Source of the DNA: an uncultured delta proteobacterium
GTDB taxonomy: Bacteria > Desulfobacterota > Desulfobacteria > Desulfobacterales > UBA2156
Assembly: GCA_963736855.1 (NCBI GenBank)
Contig: CAVTQK010000021.1
Location: 128,001-192,000 of the forward strand
Direction: 5' to 3'
DNA length: 64,000 bases
The translations under genes were made by a program, and so were the position numbers. The stretch's first letter is position 1. Every line of letters starts with the position of its first letter. This document shows, one piece after another, positions 50,295 through 60,785 of this stretch. Below the pieces are notes generated by a model. It had not been told where the DNA came from, ran no database searches, and was given only the letters and a program-made list of their open reading frames with translations.

Positions 50295-51413
50295 TCAGCG
50301 ATCAACCTCCGGCACAACGATGTCGACGCTTCCGAGGATGGCGATCGTGTCCGCCACCAACGTTCCCGGAAGCGTCTGGGTGAGCACCTGCAGATTGCCG
50401 AAGGAGGGCACTCGCACCTTGAAGCGGTAGGGGAACGACGTACCATCGCTCACAATGTAGAAACCGACCGATCCCCTGGCGGACTCGAAGGCAAAGTAGT
50501 AGTCGCCCTTGGGCGGCCTCACTTTGCGGGGAGCCCGAGCCTGGATCGGTCCATCGGGCAAGCGCTCTAGAGCCTGTTCGATGATGCCGAGGCTTTGCTC
50601 TATTTCCTGCAGGCGTACCATATAACGATCAAAGGCATCGCCTGTGGTGGCGGTGGGAATTTTGAAGTCCAAGGTCGGGTACACGGAGTAAGGTTCCGCC
50701 CGACGGATATCATAGGCCACCCCGGCCGCTCGCAGGACCGGTCCGGTGCAGCCGAAGAGCAAAGCAGTCTCCCGGTTGATCACCCCGACTCCCTTGGTGC
50801 GATTGACAAAGATCACGTTCTTGCTCACCAGGTCGTGATAATCGTCGAAGCGTCTGCGCATTCTCTGGATGAAGTCGCGCGTGGCGCTGGTGAACTCTGC
50901 GTCGATGTCTTTGGCCACTCCCCCGATACTGCAATAGTTGTAAGTCAGACGGGAGCCGGTGACGCGATCCAAAATGTCCAGGATCTGTTCCCGGTCATCA
51001 AAGGCGTAAAGAAACGGGGTGATTCCCCCCAGGTCCAAAAGGTAGGTACCGAACCAGAGGAGATGACTGCTGATCCGGTTGAGCTCGGCGCAAACGACAC
51101 GAATGTATTCGGCGCGCAGGGGCACTGTAATCCCGGCCATTTTTTCCACCGCCGCCACGTAACCATGGTTGTAAATCAACCCGGAGAGGTAGTCCATGCG
51201 CGAGGTGTTGGGGAGAAACTGTTTGTAGAGGTGGCTCTCCGCCATCTTCTCATGGCCGCGATGGCCGTAGCCGATGACAGGGTCCGCCTGCAGGATGTAT
51301 TCTCCGTCCAGTTTCAGGAAGAGTCTGAGCACTCCATGCGTGCTGGGGTGCTGGGGCCCCAGGTTCAAATAGTAGGACTGCTCGACGGTTTGTTCAGGTA
51401 GTGGGCTCGCCAT
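50295..51413 (-). CDS. nuoD: NADH-quinone oxidoreductase subunit D
   Basis: NLGPQHPSTHGVLRL, RMDYLS and C-terminal EVDR; no NiFe CxxC motifs. Confidence 0.96.
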   Translation of the reverse strand: MASPLPEQTVEQSYYLNLGPQHPSTHGVLRLFLKLDGEYILQADPVIGYGHRGHEKMAESHLYKQFLPNTSRMDYLSGLIYNHGYVAAVEKMAGITVPLRAEYIRVVCAELNRISSHLLWFGTYLLDLGGITPFLYAFDDREQILDILDRVTGSRLTYNYCSIGGVAKDIDAEFTSATRDFIQRMRRRFDDYHDLVSKNVIFVNRTKGVGVINRETALLFGCTGPVLRAAGVAYDIRRAEPYSVYPTLDFKIPTATTGDAFDRYMVRLQEIEQSLGIIEQALERLPDGPIQARAPRKVRPPKGDYYFAFESARGSVGFYIVSDGTSFPYRFKVRVPSFGNLQVLTQTLPGTLVADTIAILGSVDIVVPEVDR

Positions 51414-51879
51414 AGATCTCTTTCGTCTCTCTGAAAGCATGAACCTTGCCGAAATCCTTGCGTAACGGGTGGAAATCGGCATCCTCCGGGAGGAGCAGCC
51501 GCCGGAGATCCGGGTGATTGTCAAAACGGATGCCGAACAGATCGAAGATCTCACGCTCGTACCACAGAGCCGCATCATAGACGGCGCTGATAGTGGGGAC
51601 GGATTCGTCTCTCGCCAACTGCACGCGCACCTGCACCCGCGCGGGAGCGGAAAAGGAGTTGAAGAAGTAAATCACCTGAAGTCCGTTCGTGAAATCCAAC
51701 GCGGTTATGGTTTCTAGGTAGAGGTCGGCCTCCCGCGCTAGGCCGGCAATAGCCTGCACCTGATCGCGCCTGGCCTTCAGCTCCAAGTGGCAACCGCCGA
51801 CAGCATAATCCCGAGGACGAATGGCTTCGAGGTTAATTGCCGCTTTGAGCAGGTTTTCTCTGAAATCGTCGAATGACAT
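51394..51879 (-). CDS. nuoC: NADH-quinone oxidoreductase subunit C
   Basis: [24 protein letters not shown] and HPLRKDF. Confidence 0.94.
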   Translation of the reverse strand: MSFDDFRENLLKAAINLEAIRPRDYAVGGCHLELKARRDQVQAIAGLAREADLYLETITALDFTNGLQVIYFFNSFSAPARVQVRVQLARDESVPTISAVYDAALWYEREIFDLFGIRFDNHPDLRRLLLPEDADFHPLRKDFGKVHAFRETKEIYGEPTT

Positions 51880-52360
51880 TGCGTTTCTCACCTTTGGTAA
51901 TCTGGTCCTGCAGGAGGAGTAGCCCCTGGATCAGCCCCTCGGGTCGCGGTGGACAGCCAGGAATGTACACATCCACGGGGACAATGAGGTGGGCCCCAGG
52001 TACGATGGCATACTGCCCCTCGAACTCAAAGGGGCCGCCCGAGATGGCGCAGTTGCCCATTGCGATGCACCACTTGGGTGCGGGCATCTGCTCCCACAGG
52101 GTGATGATTGTCGGGGCCATCTTCCGGGAAATCGTGCCGGCAACGATCATGAGATCGGACTGGCGGGGTGAGGCGCGGAAGGCGCCGCTCCCGAAACGAT
52201 CCAGGTCGAATCGGCTGGCCCCGGCCGCCATCATTTCGATGGCGCAGCAAGCCAGCCCGAATGTCATGGGCCAGAGAGAGTTGGCCCGAAAGAGGTTGAG
52301 GACATCCTCAAGCAATGCCAAGCGGATGATGGGGCCAGGCCCTATTCTCATTTCTGCCAA
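51833..52360 (-). CDS. nuoB: NADH-quinone oxidoreductase subunit B
   Basis: [22 protein letters not shown] and PGCPPRPE. Confidence 0.96.
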   Translation of the reverse strand: MAEMRIGPGPIIRLALLEDVLNLFRANSLWPMTFGLACCAIEMMAAGASRFDLDRFGSGAFRASPRQSDLMIVAGTISRKMAPTIITLWEQMPAPKWCIAMGNCAISGGPFEFEGQYAIVPGAHLIVPVDVYIPGCPPRPEGLIQGLLLLQDQITKGEKRNVIRRFQRKPAQSGN

Positions 52361-52722
52361 ATAAATACTCCTTTGCGCCAGGCGTAGACAATCGCCAGCG
52401 AGAGAATGCCGATGAAAATGACGATCGCAACAAAATCGCGAATGAAGAAGTCCTTGTTGTAAGCGAGCGCTACGGGGAATAAATAGAGCACATCCACATC
52501 GAAAGCGAGAAAAATGAGGGCAAAAATGTAGTAAGCAACGCTGAACTGGATCCAGGCGCTGCCGACGGTTGGCATGCCGCTCTCATAAGTCTCGGAGCGC
52601 TTCTCGCCTTCACTGCGCCCACCGATTAGCCAGGAGATGACAATGGGCGCCACCCCAAAAAGCACGCCGATCAGCAGAAAAACGCCGACATAGAGAAAAT
52701 CATGCAAGGCCTGCTCGGGCAT
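52348..52722 (-). CDS. nuoA: NADH-quinone oxidoreductase subunit A
   Basis: YESG, FLAFDVD and YAWRKG; AAGGAGGT RBS. Confidence 0.94.
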   Translation of the reverse strand: MPEQALHDFLYVGVFLLIGVLFGVAPIVISWLIGGRSEGEKRSETYESGMPTVGSAWIQFSVAYYIFALIFLAFDVDVLYLFPVALAYNKDFFIRDFVAIVIFIGILSLAIVYAWRKGVFIWQK

Positions 52723-52862
52723 GAAGCGACACCTCCTTACTAGACTTGCGCTGGCGCCTAACCCGCATGTGTACGGCGCGGCGACTAACAACATGGTGCA
52801 ACGAAACCGCGCAACATTCGCGGCTTCGACCGCATCCGACGCCGAGTTTGGCAAAAGGAAGC

Positions 52863-52892
52863 CTTATACAGTATGGATTTGTTACTTGTCAA
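52863..52892 (-). promoter_or_regulatory. Candidate sigma70 promoter of the nuo operon
   Basis: Minus strand TTGACA-N18-TATAAG with AT-rich upstream sequence. Confidence 0.45.
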
Positions 52893-53045
52893 CAAAATAA
52901 ATTCAGGAAATAAATTATGTTACTACTCTGCTGACCTCGAGCAAGAGCACGTCGATCTTTACACACGAACCTAGGAAACCATCAAGCACATCCTGAACAC
53001 CCTGCATTCGGTGGTGATTCACTCCTGCGAGGAAAATCGTAAGAA

Positions 53046-53397
53046 TCATGCTTCCTGAAGGGCCTTTTGTTCCGCGTTGGTCCGCCTCAATCACAACGCA
53101 ATAGCCCGGGCAAGTTCTTCATAGAAATGGCCGGTGAGTTTCGGATACGTTAAGGCCATCCGGTCGAAATCCTTACTGGTAAGGAAAAACAAGGATACCT
53201 CGCCGTCCGCAATCGAATTTGCCGACCTTTTTTGTTGCCCGAAATATGAATATCAAGCCCCCTTTTATCATTTCCGATGAAATACATGTCTCCAAAGAAG
53301 TCATCCCGGCCGAATATAGCCAGCACATGAAAACCGCCTTTTCCAAGGGGAAGAACTATTCTTACCGCCCCTATTCCAATAAAAAAATCTCATCCCC
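53046..53397 (-). pseudogene. Decayed C-terminal cyclic-nucleotide-binding domain (SulP-cNMP-like tail)
   Basis: GDEIFL/GAVRIVLP..IFGRDDFFGDM/RSANSIA...LRRTNAEQKALQEA* across frameshifts and stops. Confidence 0.6.
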
Positions 53398-53414
53398 TTA
53401 ACTCCCCTCAGGTA

Positions 53415-53975
53415 AAAACGACTGGGTCAAGCGGGGGGTCATCATTCCCACCAAAGCGCAAAAAATGGGCGTAAAAAACCTTTATCCACTATTCCTTTCC
53501 CACGCATCTGGACAAGGAGGTCGTTGCCAAACACCGGAATATGATGCTGCAGACATGCGAAAAGCTCTGCATGAAGTTTGTTCCCATCAATGCGCCCGAT
53601 TCCACCACAGGCGCTGGAAAGTCTCCAATGCTTAAGTTTCTCATGGAAGATATTCCCCGCCAGATCGCCAAGTACGGCAAGGATATCACCGTTTTCGGCA
53701 CCAACTGCCACATGCAGGACGTGATCATCGCAGGGCTCTGGATCTGGACTTTATCATACCGAAACAATACTGCCCCACCCCCACCCAGGGTTTTCCAGCC
53801 GCCATGGAACTTGAATTTTCCTAACAGTATGCCGGCAATTTCGATAAAATCAACGCCATGATCCGGCAGAAGGAAGCGGATGCCAAATGCACCTGCAGAT
53901 TTTCCACATGGCCGGCACCCGTGGGTTATTTTTTCCCTGAATTCGCCGTGGAAGTCGCCATGGCCAAAATCTGTT
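53415..53975 (+). pseudogene. Internal fragment of a DUF3798-family solute-binding-like protein
   Basis: TFIHYSFPTHL, APDSTT, EDIPRQIAKYGKD, FGTNC and CPTPTQGFPAA with frameshifts. Confidence 0.6.
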
Positions 53976-54034
53976 AGGATATTAAAATTAAAAAAATAGA
54001 ATCCGGGACAAAATAAAAGGAGATTATCGCTTGA

Positions 54035-55285
54035 TTATACTAGATTGCCCAGTTCAGAAATTGATTTTTTCAGGCCTAATTGAATCTCATTGAGCCTTTT
54101 CGAATCGGATACTTCCGATACGAGAATGACAAGAAGTATATTTCCCACAGGAACGCACTTTATGAGCGCATCACTAAATTCGAGCGTTAATCCCATAAAA
54201 ACGGCTTCATTGGATTCCTGATCGGATTTTTTTATGCCATTGACTGCCATCGCCACAAAAGCGGCAATCATATCCAGGTTTATCCGGGTCAGAATGCCGT
54301 CTGATTCAACGACAAAGCCATCCCGGGTCACAATCACCGCGGCTTCAATACCCTGAATATTTGAAATTTCGCTTAGGACTTGGGTGGAAGTTTTTTCTAA
54401 AGGCTGTGGAACTTCCGGGGTTTTAATCCGATGCTCCATCTCCAAGTCCTCCGGATGAGGTTCCACTATTTCAGTCGGGGTATCGGGCAACGTCGATTCT
54501 GAAACCAGGACAGGTCCTTTGATGTTCAGCTCGGCTTCTTGCTGATGGAAACTCGATTCGGTTTCGATCCTTTCGAATTCAATTGTCTCACCTATATTTT
54601 TTAGGGCCATCTGGTTTTCAAAATGCATGCTTTCCGGAAAAATGCTCATCAAGTCCTTATGTATCCTTCTCCTGATATTTTCCGTAGGGGCATTTCTGAG
54701 TCGTATCTCTGCTCTTTTCCAGGCAATCATCTCGATTGCAGCTTGCTCTCCGGTTTTTCCATCAATAACTGCATCAAAGAGCTCGCCTTTGTTAAAAAAG
54801 AAAAATCCTTTTTCATTTTTATCTTCATTTTTAATTTCCAGCAGACTGGTTTTCTGCTCAATTTCGATGAGTTCAAGAAAGCTGTGGACGGTAATACCGC
54901 TTAGGAACTCTTTTTTGTCTTCCTGATCGAGGTATGCAGTAATGACTTGAATCATTTCCTGGTTATCAATCGGTTTTTCAAGGACCTTCAGAACACTCAG
55001 AGATTCGGCCCGTTTTCTCGACTTATCGGATGAGAACGTGGTTAAAATAATGGCCGGGATGGAGGGAAAGTGAATCGTCATGTAGCTTAGAAGTTCAAAG
55101 CCATCCATAAACTGCATTTCAAGACCCGTGACAACGAGGTCAACCATGCCGGATTCCAGAACCTGGACGGCTTCTTTTCCATTGGAAGCTGTAAGGGGTG
55201 AAAATTTCAAGGATAAATGGATGAGTTCCGATTTTAATCTTTCTAAGAAAGACTCGTCCCCCTCAACAAACAGGACATATTTCAT
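54035..55285 (-). CDS. Pseudo-receiver + DUF4388/PATAN + C-terminal Roadblock/LC7 protein
   Basis: Receiver fold with VVTGLEM (Asp to Gly); FLELIEIEQKT..GFFFFNKGELFDA; IQGIEAAVIVTRDG. Confidence 0.82.
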   Translation of the reverse strand: MKYVLFVEGDESFLERLKSELIHLSLKFSPLTASNGKEAVQVLESGMVDLVVTGLEMQFMDGFELLSYMTIHFPSIPAIILTTFSSDKSRKRAESLSVLKVLEKPIDNQEMIQVITAYLDQEDKKEFLSGITVHSFLELIEIEQKTSLLEIKNEDKNEKGFFFFNKGELFDAVIDGKTGEQAAIEMIAWKRAEIRLRNAPTENIRRRIHKDLMSIFPESMHFENQMALKNIGETIEFERIETESSFHQQEAELNIKGPVLVSESTLPDTPTEIVEPHPEDLEMEHRIKTPEVPQPLEKTSTQVLSEISNIQGIEAAVIVTRDGFVVESDGILTRINLDMIAAFVAMAVNGIKKSDQESNEAVFMGLTLEFSDALIKCVPVGNILLVILVSEVSDSKRLNEIQLGLKKSISELGNLV

Positions 55286-55489
55286 TATTTACTCCTTGAA
55301 ACGGCTCAGTTCTCTCTGTTTTTACTATCGGTTCGTTTCTGTTTAATGGGGTCAAGAGAATGACAATCATATGTATTTGTGAAGTCAAAAGAGGCATCAC
55401 GCTGTTACGTTTAAAAAGATTGTTCGTTCATTTTGCATAGGGCTCAAATAGCCTGAAGCAGAGGTAAGCCGGTTGACGGTATAGAAGTG

Positions 55490-55830
55490 TAACTCCTTGA
55501 AGTGATATGACAAACAAGGATTGTGAGGCTAATATTTCGGTGACGAATAAAAAAACATATACAGCCAACGGGTCCAATCCGGGGAAGGTGTCGACGATGA
55601 CAAAATCGAATAGGCATTCAACTGGTTTGAGAGCCTCGTGAAGGACCATCTCATCGTCAAAAGCCCTGCTGCCTGCTGATGTGCCACCCCAGATAATTTT
55701 ATGATTTCTTCTCCAACCAAAAGCCGGTTCCTTGTAAGAACGAAAAATAGCGCATCATGGGAAGCAAGTTTCCGGTTCAGCAGCGTCTTAAGTTCGACCA
55801 TATGCTTTGTGCCGATGAAACTAACCGGTA
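55490..55830 (-). pseudogene. Degenerate ParA/Soj-like ATPase fragment
   Basis: EMVLHEALKPVECLFDFVIVDTFPGLDPLAV...TEIL...SL..ISLQG (Walker B region); Walker A part missing. Confidence 0.55.
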
Positions 55831-56333
55831 TCTTTGGTATTTTCGAATTATCATATATAGCTAATCAATATTGGCCCATTTGTCAATGAAAATTGACCCT
55901 GCTGTTACAAAAGCCGAGGATGCCCCAGATTCTTTAAAACCCGCTTGCTTATTGGATAGGTATTCAACCGGGGAGAAATGATGCTTCAGGATATAAGATT
56001 GAAAGCGTCATTGCAGACCTTTGAGCCCGCTATGACGGTCTTTTCCTCTTTTTAGGCTTGCCCATGAAAAGACCAGTCTCGCCCTCGGGATATTTCCGGT
56101 TTTCCAAGTTTGATATCTTAATATTTAGCGTAATTTAATCCAACTATTGGGGAATGTCTTTGGAATCGGATTATCTTCATATTTTTTTCTTGTAATTTTG
56201 GACAGGCTTTGCTAAATGTCAAACATTAAACGACTCTTTTTATATAAAGGAACGTGAGCCCATGCAATCCACTACTCAATGCAACACCCCATTTTTACTA
56301 AAAATATGTAATTTAGGAATATAAACATAGGTA

Positions 56334-56687
56334 ATGAAAATGACGGAAAAAGATAAAAGAAATTACCCAAGGCTAAATTCATTGAATCTGATCTCTTATT
56401 ATGTTTATAATAAGGATGATACAATGATAAACCAGGGTATGGGCAGGACATTGAATATTTCGGCATCCGGAATTCTTTTGGAGACCCACGTATCGATTGA
56501 GGAAGAACAAATTGTGACATTGGATATCGGGCTTGAGGAAGATATCGTGAATGTGCGAGGGAAGGCGATATATTCCAAGAAAGGCAAGGACATGTTCGAA
56601 ACCGGCATAGCCTTTATATATATTGATGATTACCAGAAAAAGATTTTAGATCGGTTCATTGAAGATTTTGAGAATCAAAAGCAGTAA
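56334..56687 (+). CDS. PilZ-domain protein
   Basis: KRNYPR (RxxxR) and NISASG motifs. Confidence 0.88.
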   Translation: MKMTEKDKRNYPRLNSLNLISYYVYNKDDTMINQGMGRTLNISASGILLETHVSIEEEQIVTLDIGLEEDIVNVRGKAIYSKKGKDMFETGIAFIYIDDYQKKILDRFIEDFENQKQ

Positions 56688-56941
56688 ATAGCGAGATATG
56701 ATGCGCATCCACCTCGAAAAATGGAATACGCTCGGATAGCCACCCATTGGCAAATATTATTGCGCATCATGCAAGATGAATGCAAAAAAAGGATTCTTTA
56801 CCCAGGGCATTCTCTTATTAATCAGAAAGGAGGTTATAAGGATATTAATAATAATATCAATTAAATGAAATGTGATTAGTCAAATGAATCCGTTTGCATC
56901 TCAAGATCGAAGATTAAACAAAATGACGTGAAAACTATCGA

Positions 56942-56968
56942 TTGACAGTCCGTATTGTATGTGATAAT
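56942..56968 (+). promoter_or_regulatory. Possible promoter upstream of mglB
   Basis: TTGACA followed by TGTGATAAT; short 15-nt spacer. Confidence 0.3.
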
Positions 56969-57273
56969 AAATATCAAATAAGTACTAAAAAAAAGAGAAA
57001 TGTCTTAGAATTTTTTTAGGTGCTTAACTCAGGCTCAAGTCGATCAGGCCTTATTGAAAGAGGCAATTCATCTTGGTTCAAACAAAAAATTGGATTTAAA
57101 GAATAAAACAGGGTAGATGAAGCCATATTTTCATCGGATCATATCGCTTCTCTGAATTAAGAAATCGGCCACGGAATTGTTGAAGATAACCCATCGCAAG
57201 GTTCATTCTTTGTTAAATACGATCCAAAAATTCCCTTCTTTTTTTGTTAACTTTTTGCTTTGGAGATAAAGCC

Positions 57274-57678
57274 GTGATATACAGCATGGGACAAAAAGAA
57301 TTAGATGGAATTGAAGATGTCCTAAAGGACACATTGATTGAGATCGGAGTTCAATGCGTATGCCTGATCGATATGGCCGGAAATATCGTTGTCAGCTTGG
57401 AAAAGGGGGAGAACCAGCACGATATCTACTCCCTTGCGGCACTTGCAGCGGGGAATTTCGGTGCAGTAAACTCTATGGCAAAGATAATTGGTGAAGAAGA
57501 GTTTTCGTTGCTTTTCCATAAAGGAGATGATGTGAATATCCATTTCAGCAAAGTCCTTCAGGATTTTCTCTTGATAACCATTTTTGGCCAAGATGTATCC
57601 CTTGGATTTCTTCGGTTGAAAGTCTCAGAGGCTATAGAAAGGATCAAGGACCTTTTGACGTTATCATTGAATACATGA
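57274..57678 (+). CDS. mglB: Roadblock/LC7 GTPase-activating protein MglB
   Basis: LIDMAG, SLAALAAGNF and IGEEEFSLLFHKG; directly upstream of mglA. Confidence 0.9.
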   Translation: MIYSMGQKELDGIEDVLKDTLIEIGVQCVCLIDMAGNIVVSLEKGENQHDIYSLAALAAGNFGAVNSMAKIIGEEEFSLLFHKGDDVNIHFSKVLQDFLLITIFGQDVSLGFLRLKVSEAIERIKDLLTLSLNT

Positions 57679-57733
57679 ATATCATGGTCATATGCGAAAT
57701 AAGAGGAGAAGACACAGCGCCGAGGGTTGGTAA

Positions 57734-58339
57734 ATGGCATTTATCAATTTAAAAAATAAGGAGGTTCAGGTAAAGATCGTATATTATGGGCCCGGGAGGG
57801 GAGGGAAAACAAGCAATCTTGAGTACATTTTCAAGAAGTTCCAGGATCGAATTAAAACGGATATGGTAACGATTAAAACACAGGGAGATCGAACCCTTTT
57901 TTTTGATTTTCTTCCACTGGGTCTTGGACAGATCAAGGGTTACAACATCAAGATCCAGCTTTATACCGTCCCGGGTCAGGTAAAATATAATGCCACCAGG
58001 AAGCTGGTTTTAATGGGGGTGGACGGCTTGGTTTTCGTAGCCGATTCTTTAGTTGAGAGGCAAAAGCAGAACATCGAATCGTTGTCTAATCTTCAGGAGA
58101 ATCTGGCATCATACAAAAAGGACATCTCCGAGATACCCTTGGTTTTGCAATATAACAAGCGGGATTTAGCCAAGAATGACATTCCATTGTTGCCCGTTTC
58201 AGTTTTACAAGAGGATTTGAACAGCAAATTGAATGCGCCGGCATTTGAAGCGAGCGCAGTTGAAGGAAAGAACGTTACCGAGACCATGAAACAAATCATT
58301 TTCCTAACCGTCGCTTCACTTGAGAGAGAATTAAAATAG
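57734..58339 (+). CDS. mglA: Small Ras-like GTPase MglA
   Basis: KIVYYGPGRGGKTSNL, DRTLFFDFLP, LYTVPGQV, NKRDL and ASA. Confidence 0.95.
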   Translation: MAFINLKNKEVQVKIVYYGPGRGGKTSNLEYIFKKFQDRIKTDMVTIKTQGDRTLFFDFLPLGLGQIKGYNIKIQLYTVPGQVKYNATRKLVLMGVDGLVFVADSLVERQKQNIESLSNLQENLASYKKDISEIPLVLQYNKRDLAKNDIPLLPVSVLQEDLNSKLNAPAFEASAVEGKNVTETMKQIIFLTVASLERELK

Positions 58340-58350
58340 GAGGAAAATCG

Positions 58351-58977
58351 ATGCCGCCTTTGGACACTGATCATGATTCGACACTTACGAGTGAGTTGAG
58401 AAAACGGCTGGATAGTATTTTCCAGGAAGATGAACCAATTGAGCAAAAAGAAACAGCACCGGTCGAAAATAAAAAAGAGATGCATCCCCTGGATTCATTA
58501 AAGTCTGCTCTTCTTTCTTTGGATTGGGAGATTAGCGATGAGGTCACGGGGAAGTTTGTGGAACAGGCCGAGAATTTTCTACGACGTTACAAGGCCGATA
58601 AGGTTTTGTCAGTTTTCCTCCAGATCCTATATGCTCTAGGAAAGTACATCAGACGATATAAGGGGAGATCTCATCCCGGTTCTGTAAAGCTTGTAAGTAC
58701 TACTTTTGATGGTCTTGTAAAAGTCTTCGACGGCGGATTATCCGAAAGCGAAAAGCGAAATTTGCTGAACAGCACTGTCGACGAATTTATGAAGCTTAAG
58801 AAGACTATAATTGATGAAAAGAAAAAGGTTCCTCCTCTGGAGGTTAGAGTGGCCGAGGTAACTGAGACATCCAAAAAGACGATACAACAGCTTTTGATGG
58901 AAATCGGTGTTTTGATAGAAGCTGAATTTGAAAAGATTAGGGATGAGATACGCGCATTAAATAAACCACAAACGTAA
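58351..58977 (+). CDS. Alpha-helical hypothetical protein in the mgl operon
   Basis: GGAGG RBS; starts 11 nt after the mglA stop. Confidence 0.8.
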   Translation: MPPLDTDHDSTLTSELRKRLDSIFQEDEPIEQKETAPVENKKEMHPLDSLKSALLSLDWEISDEVTGKFVEQAENFLRRYKADKVLSVFLQILYALGKYIRRYKGRSHPGSVKLVSTTFDGLVKVFDGGLSESEKRNLLNSTVDEFMKLKKTIIDEKKKVPPLEVRVAEVTETSKKTIQQLLMEIGVLIEAEFEKIRDEIRALNKPQT

Positions 58978-59002
58978 CCATTAGCGTTTGGAGGAAAAGA
59001 CC

Positions 59003-59468
59003 ATGGCAGTCAACCCGGACAATTTAATGACGAGAGTATTCAGGCGCATCGAAAAGAATGACCAAGGTGAAATTTCCATGGATAACCAGATGCTCAAAAT
59101 TTTTATTGAGGTGGATGGGCAGAGAACGGTTCAGGAAATTGCTGCCAAAATAGGGATGGGCCCATCGGATATTGCAAATGTCATATCCCGACTAGTGGAT
59201 AAGGGAATCATTGCACCGGTATCCGTTGCGATATCTTATCTCAGTCCTGCTGTTTTTGCAAGTTTAAGAAAGGAACTTGCTGTAGCAATTGGACCTATTG
59301 CAGATGTTCTTCTCGAGAATGCGCTTGAAGATTTCAATTCGAACGAATCGAGTTTTCCATGCAGAACAGGCGGCTGAACTGGTTGATGTGCTTGCAAGAC
59401 AGATCAGTAGACAGGAAAAAAGAGTCGCTTTTCAGCAAAGGATGCTTCAACTGTTAAGAGAATTGTAA
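59003..59468 (+). CDS. wHTH-like protein with C-terminal helical domain; one frameshift at about 59360
   Basis: VDGQRTVQEIA...LVDKGII; removing one T restores FPAEQAAELVDVLARQI...LLREL*. Confidence 0.7.
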
Positions 59469-59791
59469 CTTGATGACCATCCCTGCCATGGGCGAGATGG
59501 GGAATACATCAACTATTTTTTTCAAATAACGGTCGAGAAATCTTTCGTGGAGTTCGAGGATTAGACTCAACAAACTCTACGTGGAAAAAGTAGCGTTGAA
59601 GTCACGATAGGAACCCATGGATTGTTTAAGGGTTGCCTGAAACAAATTCTATGAACCTAGGGGATGCACTTTTGCCTATTGAATCAAGTCTGTTATCCTC
59701 CCTTTGAAAATCGTCGGGCAACCCATATGAATCATAGATAGCCTATATATGCTATGCTTTTAAGTTAAAGTTAAAACACGAGGAGAAAGAA

Positions 59792-60777
59792 ATGATCATT
59801 ATACCCAAATATAAAGCGACGGTCGATAAACTTAACAGCTATTATATTGATATTAAAAAACTTTTAGAACACTACCAGGGGGAGCTTGGCACAGGGGTGA
59901 TTCATTTAAAATCGACTGCCGCAGAAGCGGCAATCTATTTCGACAAAGATGAAATACTCAGCACTATTCTTGAAGGGGGGGAACTGTCAATAGAGGGGAA
60001 GATGCCTTTAAGAATTTAGAGGAGGTTGTGGACCGGCAAAACTTTAACATAGATATTTACAGGATATCGGCTGATAAAATCTATCTATGGGCCAATGTGC
60101 CTGATTCACAAGAGCTTTATCGGGGTCTTAGTTCAGAATTTACGGAGCTTGAAAGCCTTATAAAGAAATTAAGGGAGGAAAAGTTTACAGGATTTATTAA
60201 CGTAACTTTTCAAAATCGAAAAGAAGGTGGGATTATTTTTTTTGTAGGAGGTAAGATAGAATCTGTTTCCACTTCTTGGGAGCTTGCTTCCGCTGAAGAT
60301 ACTGAAAAAGCAGTAAAAACGCTTATCGAAAGAACGAAAGAAATGCGGTCGGTTTTTGATGTACAAAGGATCGTACCGAAAGAGGACAAGTTGGGCATCC
60401 GAAGCGATGATAATGATAAAGCCAAACCATCAAAAATCATTTCGATTCTTGAAGAACTTCTTGGCATTTTTGAAAATGACATCAATTCCCAAGGTATAAA
60501 AGGAAATGATTTTAATACGCTCTTAAGGAAAAAATTTTTAAAAAAAGCAGAAAATTTTCCTTTCCTTGATCCTTTTGCCGCAGAATTTCGATACAATAAT
60601 CGAAAAATCAGCTTCTCAGGAGAAGCAAAAGAAGATGAAATGGTCAAAGGATTATTGAGTTGTGTGATGGAAATCTCAGATGAAGTCGGAGTCACCTCGA
60701 AACTCAAGACGTCCCTTGGTCCCTGGTACCAAAAAAATGAGAAAGTCCTTCGCAGATTGGGAATCGAACCTCTCTAG
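59792..60777 (+). CDS. Hypothetical protein with two PATAN/DUF4388-like repeats; frameshift in a G-run at about 59998
   Basis: ORFs 59792-60019 and 60028-60777 join on adding one G (GEDAFKNLEEVVDR); repeated TG.I...I.F motifs. Confidence 0.7.
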
Positions 60778-60785
60778 AGGTCTGA

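Noticed and set aside
50295..52360. Group 4 [NiFe] hydrogenase
   Set aside because: The large subunit lacks both CxxC motifs (RMDYLS and EVDR instead), and NuoB has the tandem CC motif.
52930..53043. Possible further gene fragment (ADLEQEHVDLYTRT*ETIKHIL...)
   Set aside because: Looks protein-like, but no family could be assigned.
55950..55972. Minus-strand GGTTGAATACCTATCC as an ISCR-like ori
   Set aside because: Short isolated match with no transposase relic or second copy.
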